Position numbers and translations under genes: made by a program
From: Amphiscolops sp. MND2022
Taxonomy: Eukaryota
Assembly (NCBI GenBank): GCA_964187785.1
Contig: OZ076420.1
Span: 28,892,001 to 28,956,000 of the forward strand
Direction: 5' to 3'
DNA length: 64,000 nucleotides
Shown here: piece after piece, positions 50,301-60,961 of the stretch
Position numbering within the stretch: position 1 is the stretch's first letter
Layout: each line of letters opens with the position of its first letter
Notes under the pieces: model-generated
The model's database searches: none
What the model saw: the letters and a program-made list of their open reading frames with translations, nothing else
Told to the model about the DNA's origin: nothing

Positions 50301-51062
50301 TTAATTTTCTCGGTACTGTGCGACTTGTTTCGAAACGTTTTTTGTGACTAGGCCTGCATTGCGCTCTATCGACGTTTCCAAAGATGTGAAAATGCCCCAT
50401 ATCAAAAAGTCATCCTTATAGATGATGTCGCGATTTTGTTCGCTGTTGACAGAGTCTGTTGAACTCTCTCTAGATCTCAGTCTATTGCTTTCCTGTGTGA
50501 AACACGTTTTGGGACGGTTTTCCCACGTTTTCTGTGAATTTCCTACTTCGGCGTTCCGTTGTAGCCCACTGCTGGACCTTCGGTCCTTTATGGTGAAATC
50601 GGTCGACCTTGGGCTAGGATGTAGCCCGTTAGACCCTCGGTCTACCATGGTGAGATTAGGTCTCCCCTGCATTTCTAGTGTATTTTGGATAGAAGGAAGC
50701 ACTGTACTTGTGATTGCGGCTGTGATCGCTTCCTGAATTTGGGAATTCAAACTAGTTTTGATTACTTCGTAACGAAGTTTCGAAATTACTTCGTTTATCA
50801 ACCCAGTGGTCTCAATCGTGATTTCACTGTTTTCTCTGCTATTGGTATTAAGTAAAGACCTGAAATCTTCTTCTATAACGTTTGAACTTTGTTGTGGTCT
50901 ACTAGACCCTGAGTCTAAATTCACTTCGTTTTCGCTAATATTATTCTCTCCATCATCTCTAGAGTAACTTCCAAGCATTATGTCAACGTTTTCTACATCG
51001 GACAGCATGTCTAACTGCCAAGACCGTCTCTCTTTAGCCTTTTGCTTTCTTGTTGAAGGCAT
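50301..51062 (-). CDS. gag-like N-terminal ORF starting inside the solo LTR and reading through into flanking DNA
   Basis: ATG at 51062 (MPSTRKQKAKERR...). About 212 codons are open to the LTR end (...SEQNRD at 50426), then ~41 codons of flank to a stop at 50301. Includes a helical LNSQIQEAITAAITSTVLPSIQNTL segment. Assignment to gag is inference. Confidence 0.6.
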   Translation of the reverse strand: MPSTRKQKAKERRSWQLDMLSDVENVDIMLGSYSRDDGENNISENEVNLDSGSSRPQQSSNVIEEDFRSLLNTNSRENSEITIETTGLINEVISKLRYEVIKTSLNSQIQEAITAAITSTVLPSIQNTLEMQGRPNLTMVDRGSNGLHPSPRSTDFTIKDRRSSSGLQRNAEVGNSQKTWENRPKTCFTQESNRLRSRESSTDSVNSEQNRDIIYKDDFLIWGIFTSLETSIERNAGLVTKNVSKQVAQYREN

Positions 51063-52108
51063 TGAAGAAAATAGGCACAACAACAATGAATTAACAAATC
51101 GAACTATGTGTGTATAAGGTCAACAAATGAAAATGTACAAATTGTACTGAAGGCAAGGTTGTGATCACACAAATGAAGCAGTTCGAGTTGAGGTGTATCT
51201 TTGAGTAGAGTTTTCCAAAAAGGTCCCCCCGGTCTCCTGGGCCTTGCTATATATACCCTGATCTGCATGACAAGCAACTTTACAGGCATCATGTTACTAA
51301 AAATAGCGACTGGGTGTATTCAGAGAACATGACGTCACGATTACATCACTGAGTATTATGGTAAATATAGCATCAAACGCAAGAGCGGTTCAAAGAGAGA
51401 GGGGGGATAATTTGACCTTCAGGTCTAACTAAGTTTAGCTATGATATAAGTAGATATTAATGGTTACATGTGTTAACTTAAAGATTACATGTCATCTAAA
51501 TATTATGATGTACAGTCAATCAACTAATAACTTCATAATTAAACTTAAAGTCCAATTAACTACATAACACTAAGTATAATACCTTGTTGAATAAATACAA
51601 CCAAAGTGGACCTTAGGTCCGCACAGCTACAGCGACATGTGATTGATTTGCCGGAGTGGCAATAAATAGTACCATAGCAGACTTTTGGTCCGCGCGGCTA
51701 CAGTAATTNNNNNNNNNNNNNNNNNNNNNNNNNNNNNNNNNNNNNNNNNNNNNNNNNNNNNNNNNNNNNNNNNNNNNNNNNNNNNNNNNNNNNNNNNNNN
51801 NNNNNNNNNNNNNNNNNNNNNNNNNNNNNNNNNNNNNNNNNNNNNNNNNNNNNNNNNNNNNNNNNNNNNNNNNNNNNNNNNNNNNNNNNNNNNNNNNNNN
51901 NNNNNNNNTACTAATATTGTGGCCATGTGGACTACAAGTCCTTAATGGAAAATTATAAAATAAGCACAATAGAATGAGAACCGATTGTAGTTTCAAAGTA
52001 CCTTAGGTACTAGTCTTCAAATAGGGAGTACTCCGGGTAGGGGGTTTGCTAGTGAATTCTCTTGGGGAATTTGGTAGCAATTCCCGTCGCAGGCGGCAGC
52101 CTGCGACA
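50426..52108 (-). mobile_element. Long solo LTR (~1.68 kb including the N gap) with perfect 5-bp TSD
   Basis: Minus strand starts TGTCGCAGG and ends CGCGACA (6-bp terminal IR TGTCGC/GCGACA). GATGA flanks both sides (50421-50425 and 52109-52113). Hairpin GTCGCAGG-CGGCAG-CCTGCGAC lies at the 5' end. Confidence 0.85.
51709..51908. other. Assembly gap (200 N)
   Basis: Run of N. It is flanked by related short subrepeats ending in CTACA (51616-51631, 51687-51702, 51921-51936). Confidence 1.
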
Positions 52109-52717
52109 GATGACTTCAGCACAGAGCGATTACATAGGTAAAGCTTCACTTACCTAAAAGGTATTAACCCCAAAGGATCATACCTTTGATTTTCATAGTT
52201 CTTGTAAGAAATTAGTCATTTTATGACCGACGAAAAGTCTTCCTCTGGGTTTTCAGCATTTAGGGTTTTTAAAAGGCGTTTTCTGGCACTAGGCGTTTTC
52301 AAGGTGGGAGGTTGAGCCTATTTAGTGTTAAAGGTCTGTAATTTTCAAAGATGGATATCATCAGTCCCGTTTTGTGAAATGAGTTTTTTCTGATGACAAA
52401 TTTTCTATAACCAAATTGATGACATCATATCAGAGTTTCTTTCGAAGACAGAATCGATTTGTTTTAGGTTTTTCCAGAACACGTAAAGAGTTCGAATCTA
52501 ACCATCATCGAAATTTTGCAACTTTTCAATAAAAATTATTAAATTACCGCTCACAGGTTGTTCAAAACGATGAAAAACGTGCTAAATGTTCCGTCTGTTT
52601 TGTAAACATTTTCGAGGTTGAATGATGTCCTGTTTTTTGAATAGGCGCGCTAGTAGATATCGCAAAAAATATTGCAGTCTCATTGGGCGTATAGATTTTT
52701 TCCGGACATATTGGAAT

Positions 52718-53055
52718 CAAGCCGGGACCGGCCCAAGTCGGCGCCATATCTAAGGCGCAAAAATAGCAAAAAGACTTCAAAGTGTCAAAGTATTCTCTTC
52801 TACAGCACCCGAAAATTTTTTTGAAAAAAGTCTCGCAATGACGAAAAAACTGAAAGGGGGGACGTTTGGTCTCTTCGCGGGAAAACTTTTTGGTTCAGTT
52901 CCGTGGGCCTACAGGGGCAATTTAAAATTTTGTAGATCTTTTGGTAGAACTATTTTGGTCACTTCAGGTGTATCGAAAAAAAATTAAAATTAAAAAAACA
53001 CTGACGAAAAGCCATGACTATAATCAGCTCTTTTCAAGGAAAACGCCGACCAAAA
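52718..53055 (-). mobile_element. Helentron/DINE-1-like non-autonomous element
   Basis: Starts CAAGCCGGGACCGGCCCAAGTCGGCGCCATATCTAAGGC and ends AAAACGCCGACCAAAAA. Confidence 0.7.
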
Positions 53056-55118
53056 ATAACTAATTTAGCTGCGTTTTTTCTCTTTACAATGTTCAAGGGT
53101 TATACCCAAACGACTGAAGTTTTCCCCCAGAATTGAATTAGTGCACACTTAGTTTTGCTGGATTTGTATCTGCAGAAACACGTAAGCTTTTTCTTGGGGA
53201 ATTGGTTGCAGAACTGTTCCCAAAAACATGGAACTTTCTCGGAATTTTCGATAGTGTTAACCATATTTTTTGTACAACGTTTGAACGTTTTTTGTGAGAA
53301 TGAATGTTCACAGAGATCAAAAATAAAACATTTACTCGTCATCCTATGTTTATTCCAAAACCTTATGTTTAAAATTCTAATGCCACAAAAAGATCAAAAA
53401 CAACAAAAACGTCTGTTTTTGACCGTAATTTGGTGTTTTTGTTTTACCTTCGCATGTTTGATGGATTTGAACATCCACAAAAATCAGAAAGAGAGACTGC
53501 TGGTCTTAGGCAAACTTTTGGGAGAAAAATTTAGTTTTTCATTCAAAGAAACGATTGAAAAAAAAAACAAAAGTTGTCCAATATTTCAGTTTTTGAACGT
53601 TTGAAATTTTTGTGACAATGTTTTGGATGTCTTCTACTAAAATTTTAAACTACTTGGCAAACTTTTGTCGAGAGCACGCTCCAGTTTGGCAATGAAAAAA
53701 GGCGTGTTAAGAACTGTCACATTCGTGTTGTGCTGGTGCCATTGGTCAATTCTAAAGAAAACTAGAAACAGCCAAATCCGATTCCCAGAAGGCTATGAAA
53801 TTTGAATAGTAAAAAAGAACTATAAACTAATTCCCCAGCTTCGTACAGTAGTCATGTAACTCATGTGTTCACAATTTACCGTTTGAAACAAGGATTGGTA
53901 ATTTAAATAGGTTCTAAGTCGCTGACTTTATTATCTTCCATTCAAATTATCTAGAAATGGGAGTCACAATTGATGTTTATGTAAGATTATATGTTCTTAA
54001 TGAAAATTGGATTTCATTATGCGTGATCTTGCGATGATTAACATGGTGAATAAGAGATAAAACGCATTTTCGATATTCTTAATCTGCGTCATTTGTGCGT
54101 AATTCGATACTGCGTATATGCGGCGTCATACATTTTAAGACAATACGTTACTAGGCATGTTTAGACAATCTACCGTTGCGGCATTATACGTTTTTTTTCT
54201 CATACGGTAGTACACATATCTGGGTGGTACGTAAATGCAGTATTACGCGTTTTTGAGTTATGTAACGTCATACGCATAGTGAGATCACTCATATGAGGTG
54301 CCACGCGCATTTTAGATTTATCTTGTTAGCTGTCGTATATTTTAATCTTCTCAATGAAATTCCATTATGGAACATGCGGCAACACGCCGAATATGACCTA
54401 TGATGTATGCAGCGCTCTACTTTTAAAGAATGACGATGATACGCTGCCTGGAATTTTGAGTGACGTTCATTCGTCATACTACGGATTTCCAGGGTGTCAA
54501 TAATTCCATATAAGTTGTAGTTTTGATGTCATGCAGTACAAGTTTGTAGGATTCAAAGAGATTTGACGTAATCCTATATATATATATCTTTTTGAAGCCA
54601 TGACGACCTTGAAAATGAGTGTCATGTTCATTATTTTCATCAAACCCTAGTGCAGTAAATAGGACTTCACTTGAAACTTATTCTTTGTTGCAAGCACTAG
54701 CTTCTCAGAAAGCATCTGAAACGCCTTGTAAACAATAGCTTTGATATTTGTTTAACTCTCAACTTTTGAATTGACATTCACGAAAAATTAAAAAATTTTC
54801 CTGCAATAAAACCCACTTTTTGCTTGAGCAAAATGAGAAGTAGATGAAACAAAAGGTCTAAAAGACTAGACAGCCCTTCTTCAGAGAGACATGATAACAA
54901 CATAGAGATCTGAAACAATTGAATTCAAAATGCGCAACATTCAGGATCCAAAAATGTACAATCTAGTGGAGTTCACACATCAAATATTGGAATTTCTGTC
55001 TCTGAAATGAAAGTCATCTTCTTAGAGCACCTGAGTCTAAGAATCTAAGATATTCTGCAAAACCTCTATACCGTAACGAGATAGATCTAGATGCGATAAT
55101 TATTTCAAACAAGGACTC

Positions 55119-55321
55119 TGTTGTAGTATTTCGTAAGAATGGAAAGCAGAAATGAATGATGAAGAATGTATTGACAACTAGATAGTGATGTAAAGGCAAC
55201 AGCAAATGAATATCTGAACTTTATCCATGTCTAGCAATTTTAGCAGGTGTTAGTAAATTATTCTGTTCTCACTTCTTTTTTTGTCTAACATGAGGTTACT
55301 TTTCAATGTCAATCTACCACA
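55119..55321 (-). repeat. Gypsy 3' LTR
   Basis: Direct repeat of 60041-60244, visibly diverged (roughly 10-15% by eye). Confidence 0.92.
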
Positions 55322-58300
55322 CTCCCGGTTTTATAGACAAAACTGGGGATATCTAATATACAACAATCTCAGTTCATTTGAGCTGTACATGTACGGTTAA
55401 CACTTATTTATTTCAGATTACATGACTTCCAAGATTCATTTTGGGTTCAATCTTGCTTGTCTATTCCCAATGGTTCACTTTCTTCAACTTGCATTACGAC
55501 GTCAATTCCGTATCGTTGGTCTTCTTTTTCGGGGCTCTTTTTCCACTTGCAGGAGTCCACTCCATTGAGGCCTTTATCGCCTTCTTCTTTTCAGTTTGTT
55601 TTCTTCAGCCTTTTCCCGGGGTTTTTCCATTTTCTTGAGGTTATGCGTTTTCTCCGATTCTGTCTTCTTTTTCTCTTCCGCCATATTCTTTTCATCTGGC
55701 TTCTTTTTACTTCCTGTTTCGGCGGTTTTGCATTCCTCCTCTATACTGGAGTTTTCCCGGCTTGCTCCGCGGTATCCTTTGCGAGGTCCCTTTTTGACAG
55801 TACTATTTCCTTTTTACTTTTTTTTGGTCTGAAGGTTATAGTGTGTGCCGTTTCTTTCAGCACCTTCCCCGCCTTTCTCTTGTACTATCCTTCTAACTTT
55901 GACCCCTTTGTCCTCGCGCACTAATATCGTTGAGTCTATCTCTTCCTCGAAATCGGAAGGACTGAATGTCAACTTTGGCTCTGTTTCTGAAACATTTTTG
56001 ATTCGCCCAATTACATTACTCTTTACCGTAGGTACTTCGGTTTTCGTACTCATAGTTTTTCGATCGATGATTTCCCGTCCGCTTCTTCGCCCGTTCGCAA
56101 CGCATACAAAATTTCTGATAAACTTGACGTCTCGCGTTTTAAAACAATGTTTTTGTTTGTTCTTAGGCGTTCGTTAATCGTTCGGATCAATCTTTCAATT
56201 TTGCCATTTCCGCGGTAATCGCGTACCGGGCAGGTTATGTGTTTTATCTGAAATTGGCTACAAAATGATTTAAATTTTTCACTGGTAAATACTGTTCCCG
56301 GCTCCATTCTAATCTGTTTTGGAATTCCGTAATGGGCTATGTAGTTTTTTAAAATTCAATAACATTCTTCGTCGACGGTTTGTGTAAAAATAGGTTGTCC
56401 GGCCAAGCTGAATATTTAACAATTGCCACTAGCATGTATTTTTTTCCGTGTTCCGCATTTTGGAAAGGACCTGCAAAGTCCAATCCAATTTCCTCATTTG
56501 GTTCTGCCGATTTTGGTATTTCTCCAAATTGATTTTGTCTTTTCAAAGGTTTAACGTTGTTACCTGCTACTGAGCATTGTTCGCAACACTTTGCAGTATT
56601 TATTACCTCTCTCTGTGTTTTAGGCCACCAGATATCCGAAATGTATCTCAGCATTGTATCACGGCCCGGGTGACCGTAATACACCGAGCTCATGATTGAG
56701 GCGCGTAAATTAGCCAAAATAACGAGTCTCTCGTCCATATAAAAAAATCCCTTATCGTCGATGCTAAGACAGTTGAATTTCTCTCTCCATGGTGCCAGTA
56801 ATCTCGAGTTTTTAGCTCCTTCCCTTGATTTTACTAGGGCTATAACTTTTTGTAACATTTTATCGGCTTGATAATTCGGCGGAAGGTAAGAGTCGTTCAG
56901 TTTTTTAATAACTTCAGAAGTGGCAATTTGCGTAAATTTACTCATTTTGTCACGTTTACCCATTTTAACGTTCTTATTGGCAGCAATGATTTTCCGTTCG
57001 CGTTCTCTTACTTTACATTCCAGCGATTCGATTGGTTGATTACCTTCATGCTTTCTCGCCATATTTGACTGTCGCTCGCTCTGTTTACTTTCCACTTTAA
57101 GTACCGACTCCGGCGCGCGCCGCAGTTTCATCGATTTTGTCAAATCCGCCGGTGTTATCTCTTTCTCTGAAGTAGCTTTAATTTTGGTAATGGCGTTTAC
57201 TGTAAACCAATCATTCCATAGTTTTTTGCCTTCAACGTATTTCCTTTTATTTCACTTGGGTGTCTCGATAAGTAGTCGGCAAAACCTAATACTCTACCTG
57301 GTGCATGTGTGATTTCGAACTCGTATGGCAATAATCCGTCAACCCATCTCGGTAATCTACTCGAGAATGTTGTATTCCCTCTATTCGGTTTCAATACTGA
57401 TGCTAACGCTTTATGATCGGAAATTATTTGAAATTTTTCTCCGTACACGTAATGCTCGATTGCCCATACGACAGCTAATAGCTGTAGCTCATTGACTGAG
57501 TATTTAGCTTCAAATTCCGTTAAAAATTTTGACGCAAATGACACTGGTTTCCATTCTTGGTTTTCTTGCTGTTATTGGAGCACCGCCCCCAGTCCTTTTA
57601 CACTAGCGTCACATATGATTCTTATTTTTCTACACCGTTTAAAATGTGTCAATTCCGTAATTCTTCTATTTTCTTGGTAAACTTTTAAAATAGTTTTTTC
57701 ATGTTCTTGGGTCCATTTCCACTCTGCATCTTTCTTTAAAATTGATCTGAATGGTGCACAATTATTAGGTAACTCTGGGACATTTTTATTTAGTTGATTG
57801 ACTGCTCCCACGAATGATCTCAATTCTTTCAAGTTACCCGGTCTTAGCCTTTCGGTAATTACTTTTACTTGGCCATTTACGGGGGTAATGCCTTCTCCTG
57901 ACAATTCGTACCCCACCCATTCTATTTTTGTACACGCGATTTGACATTTATCCGCTCTCAATTGCAAACTGGCTTTATCTAACAATTTTAAAACTTCCCG
58001 GACTTTTTGCATATGTACACTTTTTTCACCCTTTGTAACAATTAAAATATCATTTTTATACACAAATGTACAGTCCATATTTACAAGTGTCAAGTCCATC
58101 TTTTCTGGAATTCGGTTGGCATTATTGTTAGGCCATATTGACCTGTCACGAATCTGTATGTACCTGTTGATTTTCCACCGATTATTTGAAATTTACAGTG
58201 CTTTGCCGTACTTTCGTCTGATGGATCTTGTCCATATGCGTACTTCATATCAACGGATGAATATAATACTTCGCTTTCTTTTTCGTCAATTTTTTCAGCA

Positions 58301-60040
58301 ATCATGTCCAATAAATTTTCATGATTTGGCATTTCATACTTGTCCTTTGCAATTGAGTTGTTCAACGCGCGTGCATCTAAGGCTAGTTTTACCGACCGGT
58401 CCTTTCTTACAGTTATCACAACAGGTTGAATGAAAAGGTCGTCTTTAATGTTATTTACTTTTTGAATATGTCCCTGTTCTAGTAGATTTTGAATTTCTTT
58501 ATCTACTTGCTCTTGCAGCTGTATCGGAACCCTCCGCCCCTTTTGCTGGGTTACGCGCGTGCCGTCATTCATTTCTATTTCAATTTTATAATTTTTTACT
58601 CTCCCGCGTCTCTTGAATACATTTGGAAACTCTTCAACTAATTGCTTCTCGTCGGGACTTAGCTTATTCTCAGATTCTGCGCTTTCGCAGAAAATGCTAT
58701 TTACTGAATTCTCACCTTCTTTGATTGGTTGTTCAATGCTATACTTTAGTGCTGTAAGCCAATCACGGCCGACAATTGACTACGATCCTTTCTTTGCAAC
58801 CAGCACTCTCGCCTTGGACATTCTTGTTTTTCCCACCTGCACACTCACAAACATGTATCCCAGTTTTGGCAGTGGGCGTCTATTGAATTCCACATATTGA
58901 AATCTTTCATGGTCGATCATTTCTCTGACCACGACCCAGTGCTTTCTGATGATTTTCTTCAGTTCATCAATTGCAAATACTGAGACTGGCGATCCCGTGT
59001 AGATAATTGCCTTGAATTCCTTACCGCACATCAGGCCTTCCATCATGAAGGGTTTCGCACCGGTTCCTTCTATCTGCAATACCATTTCATCGTGTTTCAG
59101 TTCATCTGAGTTTTTTGATACGTAGTTGATTCTTGACTGCTCTCTCCGCCTATTTTGCTTTCTTTGTTTCATTTGTTTTCTTCTCTCTGGATATTTTTGG
59201 TTGCAGCATTTTTCTATATGGCCCATGATGTCACAGTACTCGCATTTATGGTTCGTGGCTGGGCATCTCTTTATGTGATCTACGGTGAAATTTCCTGCAC
59301 CGCAACGGAAGCATTCTCTTATTTGCTCTATCCATCGCATATACCCGCTCGCTCTTTACTGCCACTTTCGAGCTTTCTGCCACTCCCACGCCCATTGACT
59401 TTTGTCTCTTGATGCCTTCTTCGTAGGAAATGGCATATTGGATAGCATCTTGCGGATTATCGTTGGGCTCTACAGAGAGTTTCTCCTGGACCTTCTTATT
59501 ATTCATGTTCAGGATAAACACATCATGAACTAGGGTTTGGGTAATTTCTCTCAATTCGCATCTGGACGCGAGACCATTTAACGAATGCCAGAATTGCATC
59601 AGGTTGTTGTTTTCTTGATTAAAATTTGTGCCTGTCCAAAGTACTATTGCGGGCAACATGGAAGCAGTTTACGCATCTCTCTATCATCTGTTGTGCCCGT
59701 AGAGTCCAAACTGAAACTTCTGGGTATTTATCTTTAATCATCTTTCTCGCGAGTTCTCCCACCGAGAGAAATAACCAGGTTACCAGTTTCTTCTCTGCCG
59801 CTTCTTTTGGCATATCCCTGATTAGTGCCTTTACCCTTGGGTTATCAGCATCCCCGGTTCTCGTCAGTTCCTCGACAGATATCGAAAATTTGGCCATGAC
59901 AGCCACAGTGAAGAGGTCGAACCATTTTTCCCATTCCATTGCTGGGGATTTCGTGGGATCTGACCAGAAAAGAGGTAACCCAGGCAGTAACGACGGATGA
60001 TTGTCTCTCTGGGGAGACGCTGTATTTGCTCGCAGCGCTA

Positions 60041-60244
60041 TGTTTTAGTATTTCGTAAAAATGAAAAGCAGACATGAATGATGAAGAATGTATTGACAAC
60101 TAGATAGTGATGTAAAGGCAACAGCAAATGAATATCTGAACATTATCGATGTCTAGCAATTTTAGCAGGTGTTATTAATTCAATCTGTTCTCACTTCTTT
60201 GTTTTTTCTACCATTAGGTTAGCTTTCAATGTCAATCTACCACA
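60041..60244 (-). repeat. Gypsy 5' LTR
   Basis: TG...CA termini, followed immediately on the minus strand by the PBS. Confidence 0.92.
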
Positions 60245-60961
60245 GACTCTGAAGAGGAGGAATATCACAATATCACAGAACCAAAATATACTGTTTTTTT
60301 CAACTGTTTGGGCCAAGTTCTGAAGTCCAGGTCGAGATCCAATCTTATAGAGGTTACGTTTGTGTTTCTGAAAAGTCAAATTTTTAAAAAATCTGTAATT
60401 GGCCATTCAGCCGCGTGTTTTATGTTTTTATTTTACGGTTCTCGATGGCTTTGAATACCCACAAAGTTTAAGTATGTAGCTACTTACCACTCGTTTGAAT
60501 ATGGAAAGATGATGTTTTTTTTAAATTGTTTTGAAATAACACGAAAGATGTCAAAATTTTTCATTCCGTTTTAAAGTTTTTGAATTCATTTTTAGGTATG
60601 AGTTTTCACAAAGATCGAGAACAAACAAATTAGCTACTTAGCACATACTTGTTCAGACAAATGACTTGTTCAGACAAATGACAAGATTTTCTGCAAGTTT
60701 GGATGTATCAGCTTCGCTCGAGCCTTAGGAATATGTTGCTGTTGCTAGTTCGGGCCGAAAATATTCGTCTTAGCTGCAAGACAAAGTCACTAAAGCATTG
60801 TCGACGAAATTCAATTGATAAGATACTTTTTGGCATCAATCTAGCTGATCCTTTGGGAAAGCCTTTATGACTCAATGGCACATACTTGTTCAGCAACAGT
60901 TTTTCATATATACCTGTTTATAAAATGATACAATGAAAAAAAATTGTCATTAAAGATGTTA

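Larger units (their letters stand above)
55119..60244 (-). mobile_element. Full-length, decayed Ty3/Gypsy LTR retrotransposon (5.13 kb)
   Basis: ~203-bp LTRs TGTGGTAG...AACA at 60244-60041 and 55321-55119. Perfect TSD GACTC (55114-55118 and 60245-60249). PBS TAGCGCTGCGAGCAAA (60040-60025, tRNA-Ser-like) and PPT AAAACCGGGAG. Order: gag (CFRCG...CEYCDIMGH), PR (IYTGS), RT (YKNDILI), RH (CDAS...ELQLLAVVWA), IN (HPG..C..C, GLDFAGPF). Many frameshifts. Confidence 0.97.

Noticed and set aside
53990-54500. CpG/TACG-rich stretch as possible ncRNA or regulatory island (similar texture at 3090-3400)
   Set aside because: It looks like a degenerate simple-repeat-rich transposon interior. No stable structure or second alignable copy could be established by eye.
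55441-56177. Plus-strand Phe/Leu-rich 'membrane protein' ORFs
   Set aside because: They are the antisense of the Lys/Arg/Glu-rich integrase tail of the Gypsy element.
60641-60895. 16-bp direct repeat GCACATACTTGTTCAG as TSD of a short retroposon
   Set aside because: No poly(A) tail or recognisable SINE/LINE body. An adjacent 17-bp tandem duplication suggests local slippage.
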